Shown: positions 35,264 through 48,424 of the stretch, piece by piece
Numbering within the stretch: position 1 is the stretch's first letter
Layout: each line of letters begins with the position of its first letter
Origin: Nemertoderma westbladi
Taxonomy: Eukaryota; Animalia; Xenacoelomorpha
NCBI GenBank assembly: GCA_032718475.1
Contig: JAUCBJ010003676.1
Location: 80,763-144,762, forward strand
Length of the DNA stretch: 64,000 nucleotides
Reading direction: 5' to 3'
Made by a program: the position numbers and the translations under genes
Notes under the pieces: generated by a model
The model's database searches: none
The model's input: the letters and a program-made list of their open reading frames with translations, nothing else
Told to the model about the DNA's origin: nothing

Positions 35264-38200
35264 ATGATGACAAATAACGTTTCCGATACCGAGGAGATGG
35301 ATCACCACACAGACTCGGAAACCGACGAGGTACCAAACATCAAAAACATGGCTCGTCGACTAGGTGCTCTCAAAGGCGGAGTCACTCGAGCGTACCAACG
35401 TATAGAGAAACAACTCAAGGGAGTCGAAACCCCCCTCAACGAGATACAAGCTCAGCTTCAGAGTATCCGAAGTATCTTACAAAGACATGAGAGAATGATA
35501 CAGGCGTACCAAGAACTCATCCCCGCCACCGACCAGGTAAATTATCCCAAATTGGAAGAACACGTTGCACGCCTAGACGAATTCTGCAAACAACACCGGA
35601 GGACCCTTAGCCTCGTAAGAGGCTACGAAGAACAGTACTACAAGAGAGCTGAAAGAACAGACGCAGAATCAGTGCGAACCTCCAGCACCAGGACAGCAGT
35701 ACATCGAAAGAGAACGGGGTCCTCTAGAAATCAGCACTCCAGCGCTAGGAGCGCGGTATCCGGTTCAGCACACAGCTCTCAAGGGGGTCAACCACTCCGA
35801 GACCAGCTATGAGAACGGAAGGCATTAGCCCTCAAAGCTCGGATGGAAGATGAGTATATTCAACTGCAAACCGAGCAAGATGTATTAGCCGCCGAAATGC
35901 AAAAACGAGAGGCCGAACAAGAGGCCGAACGGCAGGCCGCACAACGTGAACAGGAGGCTGAACAATGTGAACAGGAGGCTGAACTACGTAGACAGGAGGC
36001 TGAACAACATAGACGAGAGGCCGAACGGCAGGCCGAACAACGTAGACGGGAGGCCGCACAACGTGGACGAGAGGCCTAACGAGAGATCGAACAACGTAAA
36101 TGGGAAGCAGAAATGCGTAAACAACACGCCGAGGCCCAAGCGATTCTCATCCACAAAAAGAATGCGGATATTGCGAAACTCGCGGAATATGAAGCCGCAC
36201 TTGTAGAACGAGATATCCAACTATACGAGGACTGGGAAAGGGAAATAGATCAGGAATATGAACCAATCCCGGTACCGGAGTTAGAGAAGTCATTTACACC
36301 AACAGCGGCAAAACTTCCGAAACCCGAGATCCCGCCTACCATACAGTCTACGTTATCGGCACAAGCACCGGTGTTCAATCCCCCACCGATTACGCTGAAA
36401 AATGAGGAACCGTGTTTCCCATCCAACCCCACGACAACGAGTGTACCCAAGTACGAGCCTGAAAGGGACTCGGAACGGGACGCCACTCCCCGATCCAACA
36501 ACCCATTTATATCCACACCACAAACCCGTAGTCGCGTCATCATTAAAACTCCACCTATCATTGATCCATCGAGTATGGGAGTGAGTGCCAATAACTATAA
36601 CCCTCCGAGTCACTCCAGTTCAGACGACGTCGGTATTATCCGGGCGTTGGAAAACCGCCTTGCCATGCCTAAAATGGAGATCCGCACCTTCGAAGGAGAT
36701 CCCGTCGATTACCTCAGATTCAAGAAACGGTTCTTTGCGCAGATTGGATCAACGGACATAGCCGACGCACAGAAATTGGTATATTTATCGCAATACCTGG
36801 GTGACAAACCACGCAGAATTATTGCATGTTTTGAGGGAGGTTCTCACGAGGCATACTATGACGCATGGAAAACTCTAGATAAAAGATACGGAAATACCGG
36901 AACTATAATTAATAAAACTCTAGAGAGACTGATACAGGACGCGGGATCACTAGGGGACCCACAGAACATCCAGGAATTCTCCGACTCTATGAAGGATGCC
37001 TACTATACTCTGAAACCCTTAAATAAGGAGGACCAGGTGAACAACATTCTAAACCTCCGACAGATCGCCCGGAAGTTCCCCGGATGGCTACAAAGTAAGT
37101 GGGCTTATAAATGCGTAGATCTCCGGCGCAGACATCCAGATCGAGATCCTAGCTTCCTTGAAATGTCGGCATTCCTGGACGATATCTCCGAAGCCATGAA
37201 TGACTCGATGTTTTCAAAACAGAGTCTCGCCAAGTTGGACGGAATAGAGAGCAACTCCAGGAGTAAGATACCCCCTCCGAAACCGAGATTCCGCCCCCCA
37301 CCGGTGAGTACGATGGCCATCACCATGGCCAAGGATTCCGACGACGAAGACTACGAGGAACCGACATCCGCCGAGGAATGGGCGTGTTACGTTGCGAATT
37401 GGGCACCCGAGAGGGAAGGCATCACAAACTCCCTCCTCTGTCTCTTCTGTGGAGAGAAACATAAAGTGGAATTCTGCAGGAAGTTTCAGTTCGCCGAACT
37501 CGTCCCACGCTTCGAGGCGATAATGAAACACCGAGGATGCTTCCGGTGTCTTGGAACAGGTCACTATGTTCGGGATTGTGACCAAAGATCGTGCAGTGCA
37601 GTCTGTAACGACCTACGTCATCACACGCTCCTCCACATCCCCGCAAACTTCGATTTCACTACCCTCCCCTTTCGGATCGAAGCCAAGCGAAGAGGAGAAA
37701 CGAACCACGTTTTCAAAGGAACCCGGACAACCCAACGGAGAGAAACCAACCCGTTTAAAATCTCCACCGATACACCACAAGTAACAAATATTTCAGCCAC
37801 GATTAATCTTATAAATCGCCGCTACATGGTCTTCGCAAAGGTAATCCCAGTAAGGATTCAAGGAGTCGGCAAATCCCTGACGACGCTCGCGTTCCTTGAT
37901 AACGGGTCTGACGGAACCATCATCTGACGGGACCGGGATTTCCTCAAGCAACTCGGCCTAGAATATGAACCTTGTAAACGGCCCATACAAACCATCACCG
38001 ATAACAGAGAGGTAGAGTCTGGGGAGGTGCAACTCCAGATGGAAGGAGTAATGAAGGGCTACGAAACGGTTAAGTTAACCATCAAGAACGCCTTGGTACA
38101 CACAGACCTCCGAGTGCGGTTCCGACAATCAGCCGAGTACGCCCCCCTCATACAATTGGACCGAGACGATGTAGATCTGAGGTGTCCGCAGTTGGACGTA

Positions 38201-41200
38201 AACCGCATCACCCTACTGATCGGACTTGATACACCGGAACTACACATCCCCACCGGAGATATCGCCCGATCTATAAAACAGGATGACGGATTTTATGCTG
38301 AACGAACAATAATGGGATGAACACTCTGCGGCATTAAGGAAGAAACTACTGACACCTATACCTACCTTCCCAAATGTCAGATTAAAGAGAATGCAACCTC
38401 CGTGGGTTATTGCTCAGCTACGGACCTTGACGAGGATTTGTTTCTGGAGACCGAGAAAACCCAACAAGAGATGAAGAAATATTTTAATCTAGAGACCCAG
38501 GAGTTCGCTGAAAAGGACGAAAACCCGTCCGAAGAGGATCAATATTGTATGGACGTTCTCGACCAGGCCACGTTCAAAGACGGACACTGGTGTTCACCTA
38601 TGTTATGGAAGGACCCAAACAAACCAATGGCAAACAACGCCAGCATGGCACTTAGGCGACTTAAGGGGATTCTGCGCCGGCTGAATGACCAACCCGAGAT
38701 AAAGGAGAAATATAATACCGTAATCCAAGGATATCTCGACGATGGATTAGCAGAAATGGTACCATGGAATGAACTGCAAGGTGGTAAAAGAACATATTAT
38801 CTCCCAACCCACTATGTGGTAGAAGCCCGGAAGGGTGGGAAAATCCGAGTGGTAAATGATGCCGCCGCTATGTACCAGGGCGAATCCCTAAACAGTCAGC
38901 TTTACACGGGACCCAACATATATAGTACACTCATCGGCGTATTGATCAGGTTCAGGGAAAACCAGGTAGCATTCACCTGCGACATCAAGGCCATGTTTCA
39001 TCAAGTTCGTATGCTACCAAGAGACTCAGACTGTCTACGTATCCTATGGACGGATAAAACACTAACTCAACAGGAGATTAGTCAACTTACGATAAAGGAC
39101 GTAGACATAATGCGTATGGTCGTCAGGATCTTCGGCGCTAAGGACTCGCCGGTAGCATGCAGTGACATGCTGAAGAGGACGGCAACTATGTGCGAAAACG
39201 AGTTCCCTCCAACTGTCATAGAAACCATCCGACGATGCTTTTACGTGGACAATGGATGCGCTGGCGCAGATAATGTGGACGAGGCATATCGGCTAGCAAT
39301 GGGGATGGTAGAATGTCTAAAGAAAGGAGGTTTTCCACCCGTGAAGTTCAGATCCCATGACAAAACACTTATGGAAAAGTTTCCGGAGGACATCCGGCTG
39401 GAAAATAACAAAATGTATTCGGAGGATGTGGAACACCGTGTACTTGGGATTGAATGGGACATAGAATCAGACGAATTCATTTTCAAATATAAACCCCTAC
39501 CCAAGCCTATGACAAAAAGGGGATGTTTGTCGATAAAAAGCACCATCTTCGACCCACTAAATTTCATATCTCCAGTAACCTTGGCCGGAATGAACCTGAT
39601 TAAGGAAATGTGGATAGAAGGACTGGGATGGGACGAAGAACTCCCCCCACACCTCAGCGTCAAATGGAGAAAATGGACGGAGCAGCCGGAACACCTACAT
39701 CTTATGCGGATACCTCGACCGTTCTTCCTCGATAAACTACCCACCGATATCTTCCAGCTCCATACCTTCTCGGATGCTTCGAATACCGGAATTGGCGTAG
39801 TCACCTTCTTACGAAGACTCAGCAATGATGGAAACGGCGATACGAGCTTCTTATTTTCTAAAGCCAAGACAGTATCCGGGGAATTCGTAGCAACGATTCC
39901 AAGACTCGAGCTACAGGCTGCAGTTTGGGCAGTAAGACAGAATCGCATGGTCATGCGGAACCTACGAATCCCCATCGAGTCTCAACACTTCTGGGTCGAT
40001 TCGAGTATAGTTCTCTATTATCTCCACTCTCCATCACGGCGTCACACTACGTTTGTTGCGAACCGAGCCACGGAGATTAAACAGTGTACCGGCCGAGAAC
40101 AGTGGCACCACGTGAACGGGAAAGAAAATCCAGCGGACTTATCAAGCCGAGGCGCCACCCCAAAACAACTCGGTAAAAGCAAACTCTGGCTTACAGGCCC
40201 TGAATTCCTACAGCAGCCACAATTAACATGGAGTACCCGATTCGACCCCGTACTCGATAGCGGAAAATACTCCGAGGACAATAAAGAGATCCGTAAAGTC
40301 CATAGAAGCAACGCAGTGGAAATTTATAGTTGTCCGACTGAGCCTGCAAAGGACTCGGGCAGGCACTATAACGTCGCGACGATCATTCAACCAGCGGCGT
40401 CTTTACATCTGTTGATCGAGCGAACCTCATCAATGAGAAGGCTCATCCACCACATTATAACCCTTCGCAACTTCCTACGGTGGAAAGACAACAAGCCGAT
40501 AGTTCAACGGAGTATACAAGAACTCATTATCGCGGAGAAGTGTATCGTTGGATATGTCCAGAGAGAAAGTTTCCCCGATGAGTGGGAACAACTCAGTGCG
40601 TGCAAGACCTTGAAACCGGATAGCCCAGTCTACCAACTGAGACCAATGATGGGAGAGGACGGACTGATCCGACTGAATACCCGGATGGCAAACGCCCCGG
40701 TCGAATATGAGGTTAAATACCCGGCGCTTCTGCCCGGAACTTCAACACTAGCCAAGCTATTAATTCAACAATGTCACGAGGAGAACCATCACGCAGGACA
40801 AAACTGGATTATAGCTAATATAAGACAAAGATATTGGATCACACACATCCAGCCACTGATCCGGAAAGTGTTGAAACGTTGCTTTATCTGCAGAAGATAT
40901 CTAGCGCCACCACTCACACAAAAGATGGCCGACTTACCAGCCACCCGTCTACAGCCCGATTCCCCACCATTCTACGTCACCGGAGTGGACTGTTTCGGTC
41001 CGTTTACGGTCATCGAACGACGATCCAACATCAAATGCTGGGTGGCCATATTTACGTTCCTTAGGTCTAGGGCAATCTACCTAGACATTGTGGTGAACCT
41101 TACGCAACACGCATTCATCAACGCTCTGCGTCGGTTCGTGGCAAGCAATGGGACATGTCGTCACATGTATTCCGATAACGGCACAAACTTTGTGGGAGGA

Positions 41201-41947
41201 GAAAGAGAACTTAGAGAGGCGATCGAGGGATGGTTTACCGATAACACCGCATCCCAAGTCTGGAAGGAACACCAGATACAGTGGCACTTCCAGACCCCCT
41301 TAGCACCCCATACGAGCGGGGTATGGGAGAAACTGATCGACCTAGTGAAACGATCCATGCGCGTCGCTCTAGGAGACACCCGGGTAACCCATGACACCCT
41401 CCGCACAACATTCTGCGAGATCACGGCTACCCTGAACAACCGACCCATTGTCCCTATCCGCGACGACCCCACAGACCTGGAGCCCCTTACTCCTAATCAC
41501 CTACTGGGGAGACCTAAAACTCATGTTCTCCCAGAGACAATGTTTCCGGATCCCAACGATATTGCGAGACATACAAACTGGAAGAATGCCCAAGCGTTGG
41601 CAGCGCATTGGTGGAGAATCTGGGCCCAGGAGTACCTCATAACCCTCCGGACCAGGAGGAAGTGGAACAACACCTACAGGAATATCGAAGTTGGCGCCAT
41701 GGTACTAGTAAAAGAAGACCTTAAAGACCGCGTCCACTGGCCTGTGGTGCGAGTTGTGACAATACATCCGAGTAAAGACGGACTTGCGAGGACTGTGACG
41801 ATACGAACGGCAAAGGGCCACTACCAACGCCCTATCCAGAGGCTGTGCCTTCTTGAAGGCAATGACAGCGGTGACTCTACGAGAGGTGATAAGTTCCCTA
41901 CTCAGGATCCTGCTGCGGACATTGGTGACAATTACAAATGCGTTTAA
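35264..41947 (+). pseudogene. gag-pol: BEL/Pao gag-pol in one frame with four in-frame stops (35810, 36077, 37925, 38318)
   Basis: All track ORFs share a frame; Gag knuckles CLFC/CFRC, FLDNGS, FYVDN, LHTFSDAS, GVDCFGP, SDNGTNF, WEKL. Confidence 0.93.
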
Positions 41948-42231
41948 ACCCTTCTCATCATGTTGGCAAACTTTTTAAACTGTGATTTATCGACAATGAA
42001 ATGGACACCCTTAAACCAACTGTAACCACGCAATGGTATTTGTGTTTCCTCGTGTGTTATGTGGAGTCCAACGTCACCCTGCAGATGTTTCGACTGACGC
42101 AGGGTCGTTTATGTATAGTTTACCCTGATTTTGGTCATTGGGACCAACGCCATTGAATTATTGGAAATGGTAAAGATTTGAAGTGGAATTCATTGTATTA
42201 ATTGCAGTATGTTATGTTGTCCGTTGCGTGA

Positions 42232-42640
42232 GCAGTTCGGGGCGTAGGCGGTGTAACGAGTCCAGCTGTAGATCGCGGATTGACGCGCAACACCCCCTCT
42301 ATCCCATTATTCTGGTGGGTCCATGGTGCATCCACATGACTTCGACGATAGAGGGTTTTATGTTTCTCAGTCGCGTTATTCTGATGGGACCGTTGCGTGG
42401 ATTTTGGGGCGTAGGTGGTGTAACTAGTCCAGCTGTAGATCCCAGAATGTTGCGTAACCCTATCCCACATGACTTCGTCGACTGAGCTTTATGTTGTTGG
42501 GAGTGTTATTCTGGTGGGTCCCTGGTGCATCCACGTGACTTCACTTCCAGCGTCTTCATTGTCCGTTACGTGTGCAGTTTGGGGCGTAGGCGGTGTAACT
42601 AGCCCAGCTGTAGATCCCAGATTGCCGCGTAACACCCCTT
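42232..42640 (+). repeat. Modular repeats in the 3' internal region of the second BEL element
   Basis: Three copies of GGGGCGTAGGYGGTGTAACNAGYCCAGCTGTAGATC interleaved with TTATTCTGRTGGG and CCACRTGACTTC modules. Confidence 0.85.
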
Positions 42641-43206
42641 CCACAACAAAGATTTCCCAAAGAAGATGATTGAATGTAGTTGGAAATGATGAAAAGAATC
42701 AGACAACTCTACTATAAACCTGAATGATGACGCGTATGATGATGAAAATGTAATGATGCGCACCCTGGTGCTGCGCTTATAACAAATGATGATAGCCGGG
42801 GGGCTATAACCCCAATGATAATGTGTAAATAAATGAAATGTGGAAATGAAATGTGAAATAAATGGTGGAAATAAATGTGTTGAAATATGTTGAAATAAAT
42901 GAAATGTGATGAAATAATAATGAGAAATGAAAAAAAAAAGACAAAAAAAAGGTATAAAAAGTCTAAAGAAAAGAATTGGAAAAAAGAAAGGACATAAAAA
43001 GTCATAAAACTGGTTGGATATTAATGTATAGCTATAGTAACTGTAAATGCTGAATGTATTAGCAATAAGATGATAGATGCCTATATAGCAATGTTATTAA
43101 TAAACTGAACTAAAAATAAAACTGAATTATTCTGCAATCACTATAGTTTCAGACTTTCTGGACTTATAATTAACTGATCTAATTTGTAACGGATATAATC
43201 GTAAAT

Positions 43207-44036
43207 ATGGACCCAAATCGCCAAATTATCGGCGAATTACGTAACACGATAGATCTACTGGAATATTCGCAACCTGGATCCCCTGACTTTGATACAAATT
43301 GGAGCACCCTGCTAAATGAGAACGTGCGAGTCGTTAAATTCACCGGGCGAGAGGGACCGGATTCCAAGAATCTACGAGCCCTCCGGTTAGCCGATGCTAG
43401 TACGAGACTGAAAAGAACTCGGAACGCAAAGGCAACCGGAGGGGACGATTCGTCGTTTTGGGAAACGTTCCGGCAGAGCGTCTACAGATCCCGATGTTTG
43501 ATCTACGACAACGAGGGAAACGCGACGCCCACCTCGAAAGCGATTACGTTGGCGAGATGTCAAAGTTTCGTCGACGACAAGAGTACGTACCTCGCCCACT
43601 GGGGAAACCTGTCAGAGTGTACGGCGACGCTTCGAGAGGAACGTATATCGACCATCCAAAATCGCGACGACTACCAAGAAAAATACGGGCGAAAGAATAC
43701 GGTCGATCCTTAATCGTCGTCCTCGGAACCCTGGACGGTTTGGTATTGGTGTGTCGAATATTTCCGACACCCAGACAGGAAGTGCAGGCAGCCGGAGCGA
43801 TCTGGTTGCTACCTCCGGAAATCCAAAAGATCCTCTTCGACGTCATTAAAATCGGGTCGGATATAAAGGCGGACATCCGGAACGACTACGCGAACACTCC
43901 TTCAGGAAGAAACCGACGAGACGACCTCAACGCCCTTAGCCATTGCGTCGACACTCAAACGCTACTAGCCTGGTTACGATTCGCCGAGTTCATGCGAGGA
44001 TTCCTTTCATCCATGAGCCGTGGGCTCGAAAAATAG
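43207..44036 (+). pseudogene. DEDDy (WRN/RNase D-like) 3'-5' exonuclease-like accessory ORF, one frameshift, C-terminus lost
   Basis: Ordered motifs CLIYDNEG (ExoI), IVVLGTLDGLVLV, LPPEIQKIL..IKIGSDIKAD (ExoII), CVDTQTL, RGLEK; frameshift near 43690; no ExoIII. Confidence 0.65.
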
Positions 44037-44216
44037 ACATAAACGAAAAAACGCCATAGGCGCAATGATAAAAACACCAGCTGGCACTCATGAAAAATGG
44101 ATAGAGATGGCCTAGTAATGCTATTCTATAGGAATGGCCACCTAACAAGGAAATGCTTTCTGTGCCAAGTATTATCCTCACTCTACAACTCAGACAGTGA
44201 GCAAACATAAGCTGTG

Positions 44217-44498
44217 GGCTTCTAATGTATTACATCATAAGCTGATTGCTCTCCCAATAGCCCTCACACACTCACTGAATCGAATGAAATCGAATATCTA
44301 TTAGCTTAATGCGAATAGCTGGTAAGCTGAATGCCATTTTAGTTATTGTGTACTGTTGGCTTCTAATGTATTACATCATAAGCTGATTGCTCTCCCAATA
44401 GCCCTCACACACTCACTGAATCGAATGAAATCGAATATCTATTAGCTTAATGCGAATAGCTGGTAAGCTGAATGCCATTTTAGTTATTGTGTACTGTT
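44217..44498. repeat. 141-bp tandem duplication
   Basis: GGCTTCTAATGTATTAC...TGTACTGTTG occurs twice, identical by eye. Confidence 0.92.
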
Positions 44499-44829
44499 GA
44501 GTGTAGAGTTGACTGCCATGTTGTATGTATTTAATTAAAATAATTTTCGTAGAGGGAAGTTAATTTGGGATTACTCTCTATCAGATGTAAGCAATGGGGT
44601 GGGTCATGGGACCCAAATATAGTACATTATGCATATGCAGGGCAAACATTAATAAAATCATTCAGTCAACCTGAAGGGTATTTGCTTTAGTTAACTACTG
44701 CGTGAAAAGCGAATTTATGATGTTACCCATACTTCAGGTAAATGAATTTTTAGATATTTTGTACTGAAGGCAAGGATTTCTGATATAATTAAAATACAAG
44801 ACAGGGGCTTGTTTCGATATATGTAGTTG

Positions 44830-45148
44830 CGCCCTTCGAGCAGCACGTGAGTTAATCAAATATTAGACACAATGTTTGAGTTGTCCCTTCGAGCAGCACG
44901 TGAGTTTGGCTTTGACCCTTCGATATATGTATTTGCGCCCTTCGAGCAGCACGTGAGTTACATCAAATAATAGACACACTGTTTGACTTTGTCCCTTCGA
45001 GCAGCACGTGAGTTTTGCTTTGACCCTTGATATATGATGTTGTGCCCTTCGAGCAGCACGTGAGTTACATCAAATAATAGACACACTGTTTGACTTTGTC
45101 CCTTCGAGCAGCACGTGAGTTTGGCTTTGACCCTTCCAGCAGCATGTG
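44830..45148. repeat. ~54-bp diverged tandem repeat with constant core CCCTTCGAGCAGCACGTGAGTT
   Basis: Six full cores plus one degenerate core; each full core has an E-box CACGTG. Confidence 0.85.
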
Positions 45149-45149
45149 T

Positions 45150-46122
45150 CAATCGAGCCGAATCATACCGATCGAGCCGAATAGAACCAATCGAGGCGAT
45201 CAAGCCGAGTCGAGCCCAATCGAGCCGAACGGAGCCGAGTTGAGCCCAATCAAGCCGAGCGAGCCAGACTGAGCCGATTCAAGCCCAATCGAGTCGAGTC
45301 GAGCCCAATAGAGCCGAGTCGAGCCCAATCAATCCTAGTCGAGCCCAATTGAGCTGGACTGGGCGAAGTCGAGCCCAATCGAGCCAGACTGTGCCAAGTT
45401 GAGCCAAATCGAACCGAGTCAAGCCCAATCAATCCCAATCGAGCCGAGTCGAGCGGATTGAGCCGAATCGAGCCCAATTGAGCCAAGTCGAGCCGGACCT
45501 GCCAAGTCGAACCGAATCGAGCCGAATCGAGCTGAGTCGACTCAGACCGAGCTGAGCCGAACCCAATCGAGCCGAGTCGAGCCGTGACATGCCAAATTGA
45601 GCCGGACTGAGTCGAGTCAAGACCAATCAAGCCGAGTCGAGCCCAATCGATCCGGACGGAGCCGAGTTGAGCCTAATCAAGCCGAGTCGAGCCCGACTGA
45701 GCCGAGTTAAGCCCAATCGAATCGAGTCGAGCCCAATAGAGCCGAGTAGAGCCCAATCAAGCCTAGTCGAGCCCAATTGAGCCGGACCAAGCCCAGTCGA
45801 GCCGGACTGAGCCGAGTTGAGCCAAATCGAGCTGAGTCAAGCCCAATTAATCCCAATCGAGCCGATTCAAGCCCAATCGAGCCGAGTCGAGACCAATCGA
45901 GCCCAATCGAGCCGATTCAAGCCCAATCGAGCCGAGTCGAGACCAATCAAGCCGAGTCGAGCCCAATTGAGCCAAGTCGAGCCGGACCAAGCCGAGTCGA
46001 ACCCAATCAAGCCGATTGAGCCGAATCGAGCTGAGTCGAGTCGAGCCCAATCGAGCCAAACCGAGCCGATCAAGCCAAGTCGAAATGAATCGAGCCCAAT
46101 CATGCCAGACCGAGCCGAGCTC
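45150..46122. repeat. Pentamer-based low-complexity satellite (GAGCC/GAGTC/CAATC)
   Basis: Continuous degenerate 5-bp periodicity. Confidence 0.93.
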
Positions 46123-46945
46123 GTTGTCTCCTTTATTTGAAATAAAAAGTCGGTTCCTTATCGGGCCGCTAGGCACTAATAATTAATAGTGCCTCAATTT
46201 ATTTTTTGTTTTCATGGTTGAAATAGGCATAGGAAGTGGTACTTGATCAGTGCATTTCCGTATATCCACCTTCTGCCATTCTGATCGGGGGTTTCTTTGG
46301 GGGGTTGTTTTTTCCCTCTTCAGAATAGCAAACAGGATTACCTAACTAGGCTAGACTTCCCCAAACACGAACGCGAGCAATTCGACAGACAATGGTGCAT
46401 AACGACAACGTTTGCATTATATCACTATATATATGTATTTCCACAGGAGATCGCTGTAATACCCAATTGACAAAGGTAATTGGTTTTGCAGTGACATCCT
46501 ATGCGACTATTTTCCCTTCCTTGGAGGGTGCATGTGTATTAGCATTTGCTCGGCAGGAATAACCAGACTCATATATCAACCTGGACCAGAGCCATTTCCC
46601 CTCCCTTGGAGGTTGTGTATCAGCATATGGTCTATGGAACAACCAGGTTTGTAAATCACTCTGGGCAGCCAAGCCCAAAGCCAGAATATCGTTGCTAAGG
46701 CAACGTCCTATCAGAGCTTCAAGGTGCAGGTAGGATACTAGCAGTGTAAGTAATGGAGCTGATTGCTCACCATATATTGACAAATATTGGGTTCATTGAA
46801 ACGTTCATTCCAACATTGCATAATACTATAAATATTATACCGACTTATTGTTTGTTAATATTTTCACCAAGGGAGAAATATTTGGATAGCATTCTAACAA
46901 AAAAAATTGAAAAGATTAAAAGGGCTGAACACGTACTGTCCCTCT

Positions 46946-47230
46946 TTCTTTGATTGATTGGCGGTGTGGTTAAATTTCTACATTTTACTAATTTATAAAG
47001 TTGTGATACAGTCGCTCGATTTTAATTTGTATCTCATAACTGGGCCTCGTGCTGCGCGAAGGCCCCACGAACGTGTTAATCTGTTGTTCTGTATTATGTT
47101 GATCTGTTATTCTGTTGTTCTGTTATGTTCAATTTTAAAAGTTAATGACTTAGCCAAATTTCGATGAAATCTATCCAAACTTGGTACACATGTAGCCTGG
47201 CATAAGTTTAGAAATTTTCCAAGTTGAATT
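46946..47230. mobile_element. Possible Helentron/DINE-like non-autonomous element end; related copy at ~48285-48410
   Basis: GC hairpin GGGCCTCG..CGAAGGCCC, CTGTT microsatellite, AAACTTGGTACACATG; ~130 bp shared with 48285-48410. Confidence 0.4.
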
Positions 47231-48424
47231 TGAGTGTGGCCTTCGAGAAGCTAAGATAATAGCAGTTAAATAATTAAATTAAAATTAATTGGTTAGGGTA
47301 AAAACAGCATTTTCAACATGACTTTTAATGGAATTAATTTTTTTATAGTATAAGATTTGAATACATATACTTAAAAATTATACAGCTGTAATCCCCATAC
47401 CCCATTCCATTATTATTTTATATTTATTTAACGTGACTTTCTTTAATTTGCGTAATCAATATATCTACAGGATGTTAATTATTATTATATCATATACGCT
47501 ATTCATATAATGTGATTGTGTTCACTACTCATATAAAGTGAATGTGTTCACTACTCACGTGAAGTTAATGTATTCTCTGCTCATATACCCAATGGATTCA
47601 ACCCAAATGCCTTTAATTCTTTTATCTTTAATTGATTTAAATTAATTAAAACAGCATAAAAAATGTATGCGCATTAAATACTGTTCATTTATTGGTCAAC
47701 AGGCATGTTGGTGCTGGATAGATAGGGATCTGGGGAGCAGCTAGTTGCTTAGAATGTTTCACTGGGAATGCGAGTGGAGGGGTGTTGAATGTATGTAACC
47801 ACGAGGTTATTGGCCAGCTAAAGAACTAGCTAGAAACCTGCATTCCCTACCTCCTATTACACTGTAGACTCTATTATTATTTTATTTCTTTAGTTCTCAA
47901 GTAATAGACAGATCTCACTTAATGATTTTCAATAACATTACCACTGCAGAAGGATTATATCCAAAATAGTTTATTCTTCAAAATATTAGGCTTATTATTT
48001 ATTGATGGGATTTCTGTGTAGGCCTATTTGAATTGTCTAAGTTTTTACACTGAGGCATTAGCAGAGGGTACCGGTATATAAATTGAATTATTTCAATATC
48101 ATTTCCTGAATCGACATCGGCATAAGATATTTTTTATATTTCTGACAAATTGAGCGGGCTACGATCTTGATTTTACCCATAAAACACAAATTCACTGTCA
48201 ATACCTACCCGCCATCAATCTCATGTACTGTGGTACCGTCTGTACCTTTGGGTTGGGGTGCTGATTAAAAGGGGTGAACTGAACACGCATAGATTGGCGG
48301 TGTGGTTAAATTTCTCTAATACCGTACAGATTTTGTGATACAATCGTTAAATTTTAATTTGTGTCTCATAACTGAGCCTTGTGCTGCGCGAAGTCCCCAC
48401 GAACGTGTATAAATAGGTACCAAC

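Larger units (their letters stand above)
33683..44040 (+). mobile_element. Second BEL/Pao retrotransposon, 3'-truncated (no 3' LTR found)
   Basis: Starts with TG exactly where LINE homology stops; full Gag-Pol domain set; extra 3' ORF. Confidence 0.9.

Noticed and set aside
44830-45148. CRISPR-like repeat-spacer appearance
   Set aside because: Spacers repeat each other, the context is eukaryotic and there are no cas genes
45250-46176. Multiple ORFs in the pentamer satellite
   Set aside because: Low-complexity artefacts
48209-48260. Possible extra small exon after the FReD exon
   Set aside because: The 52-nt version breaks frame and the 15-nt version cannot be supported without RNA data
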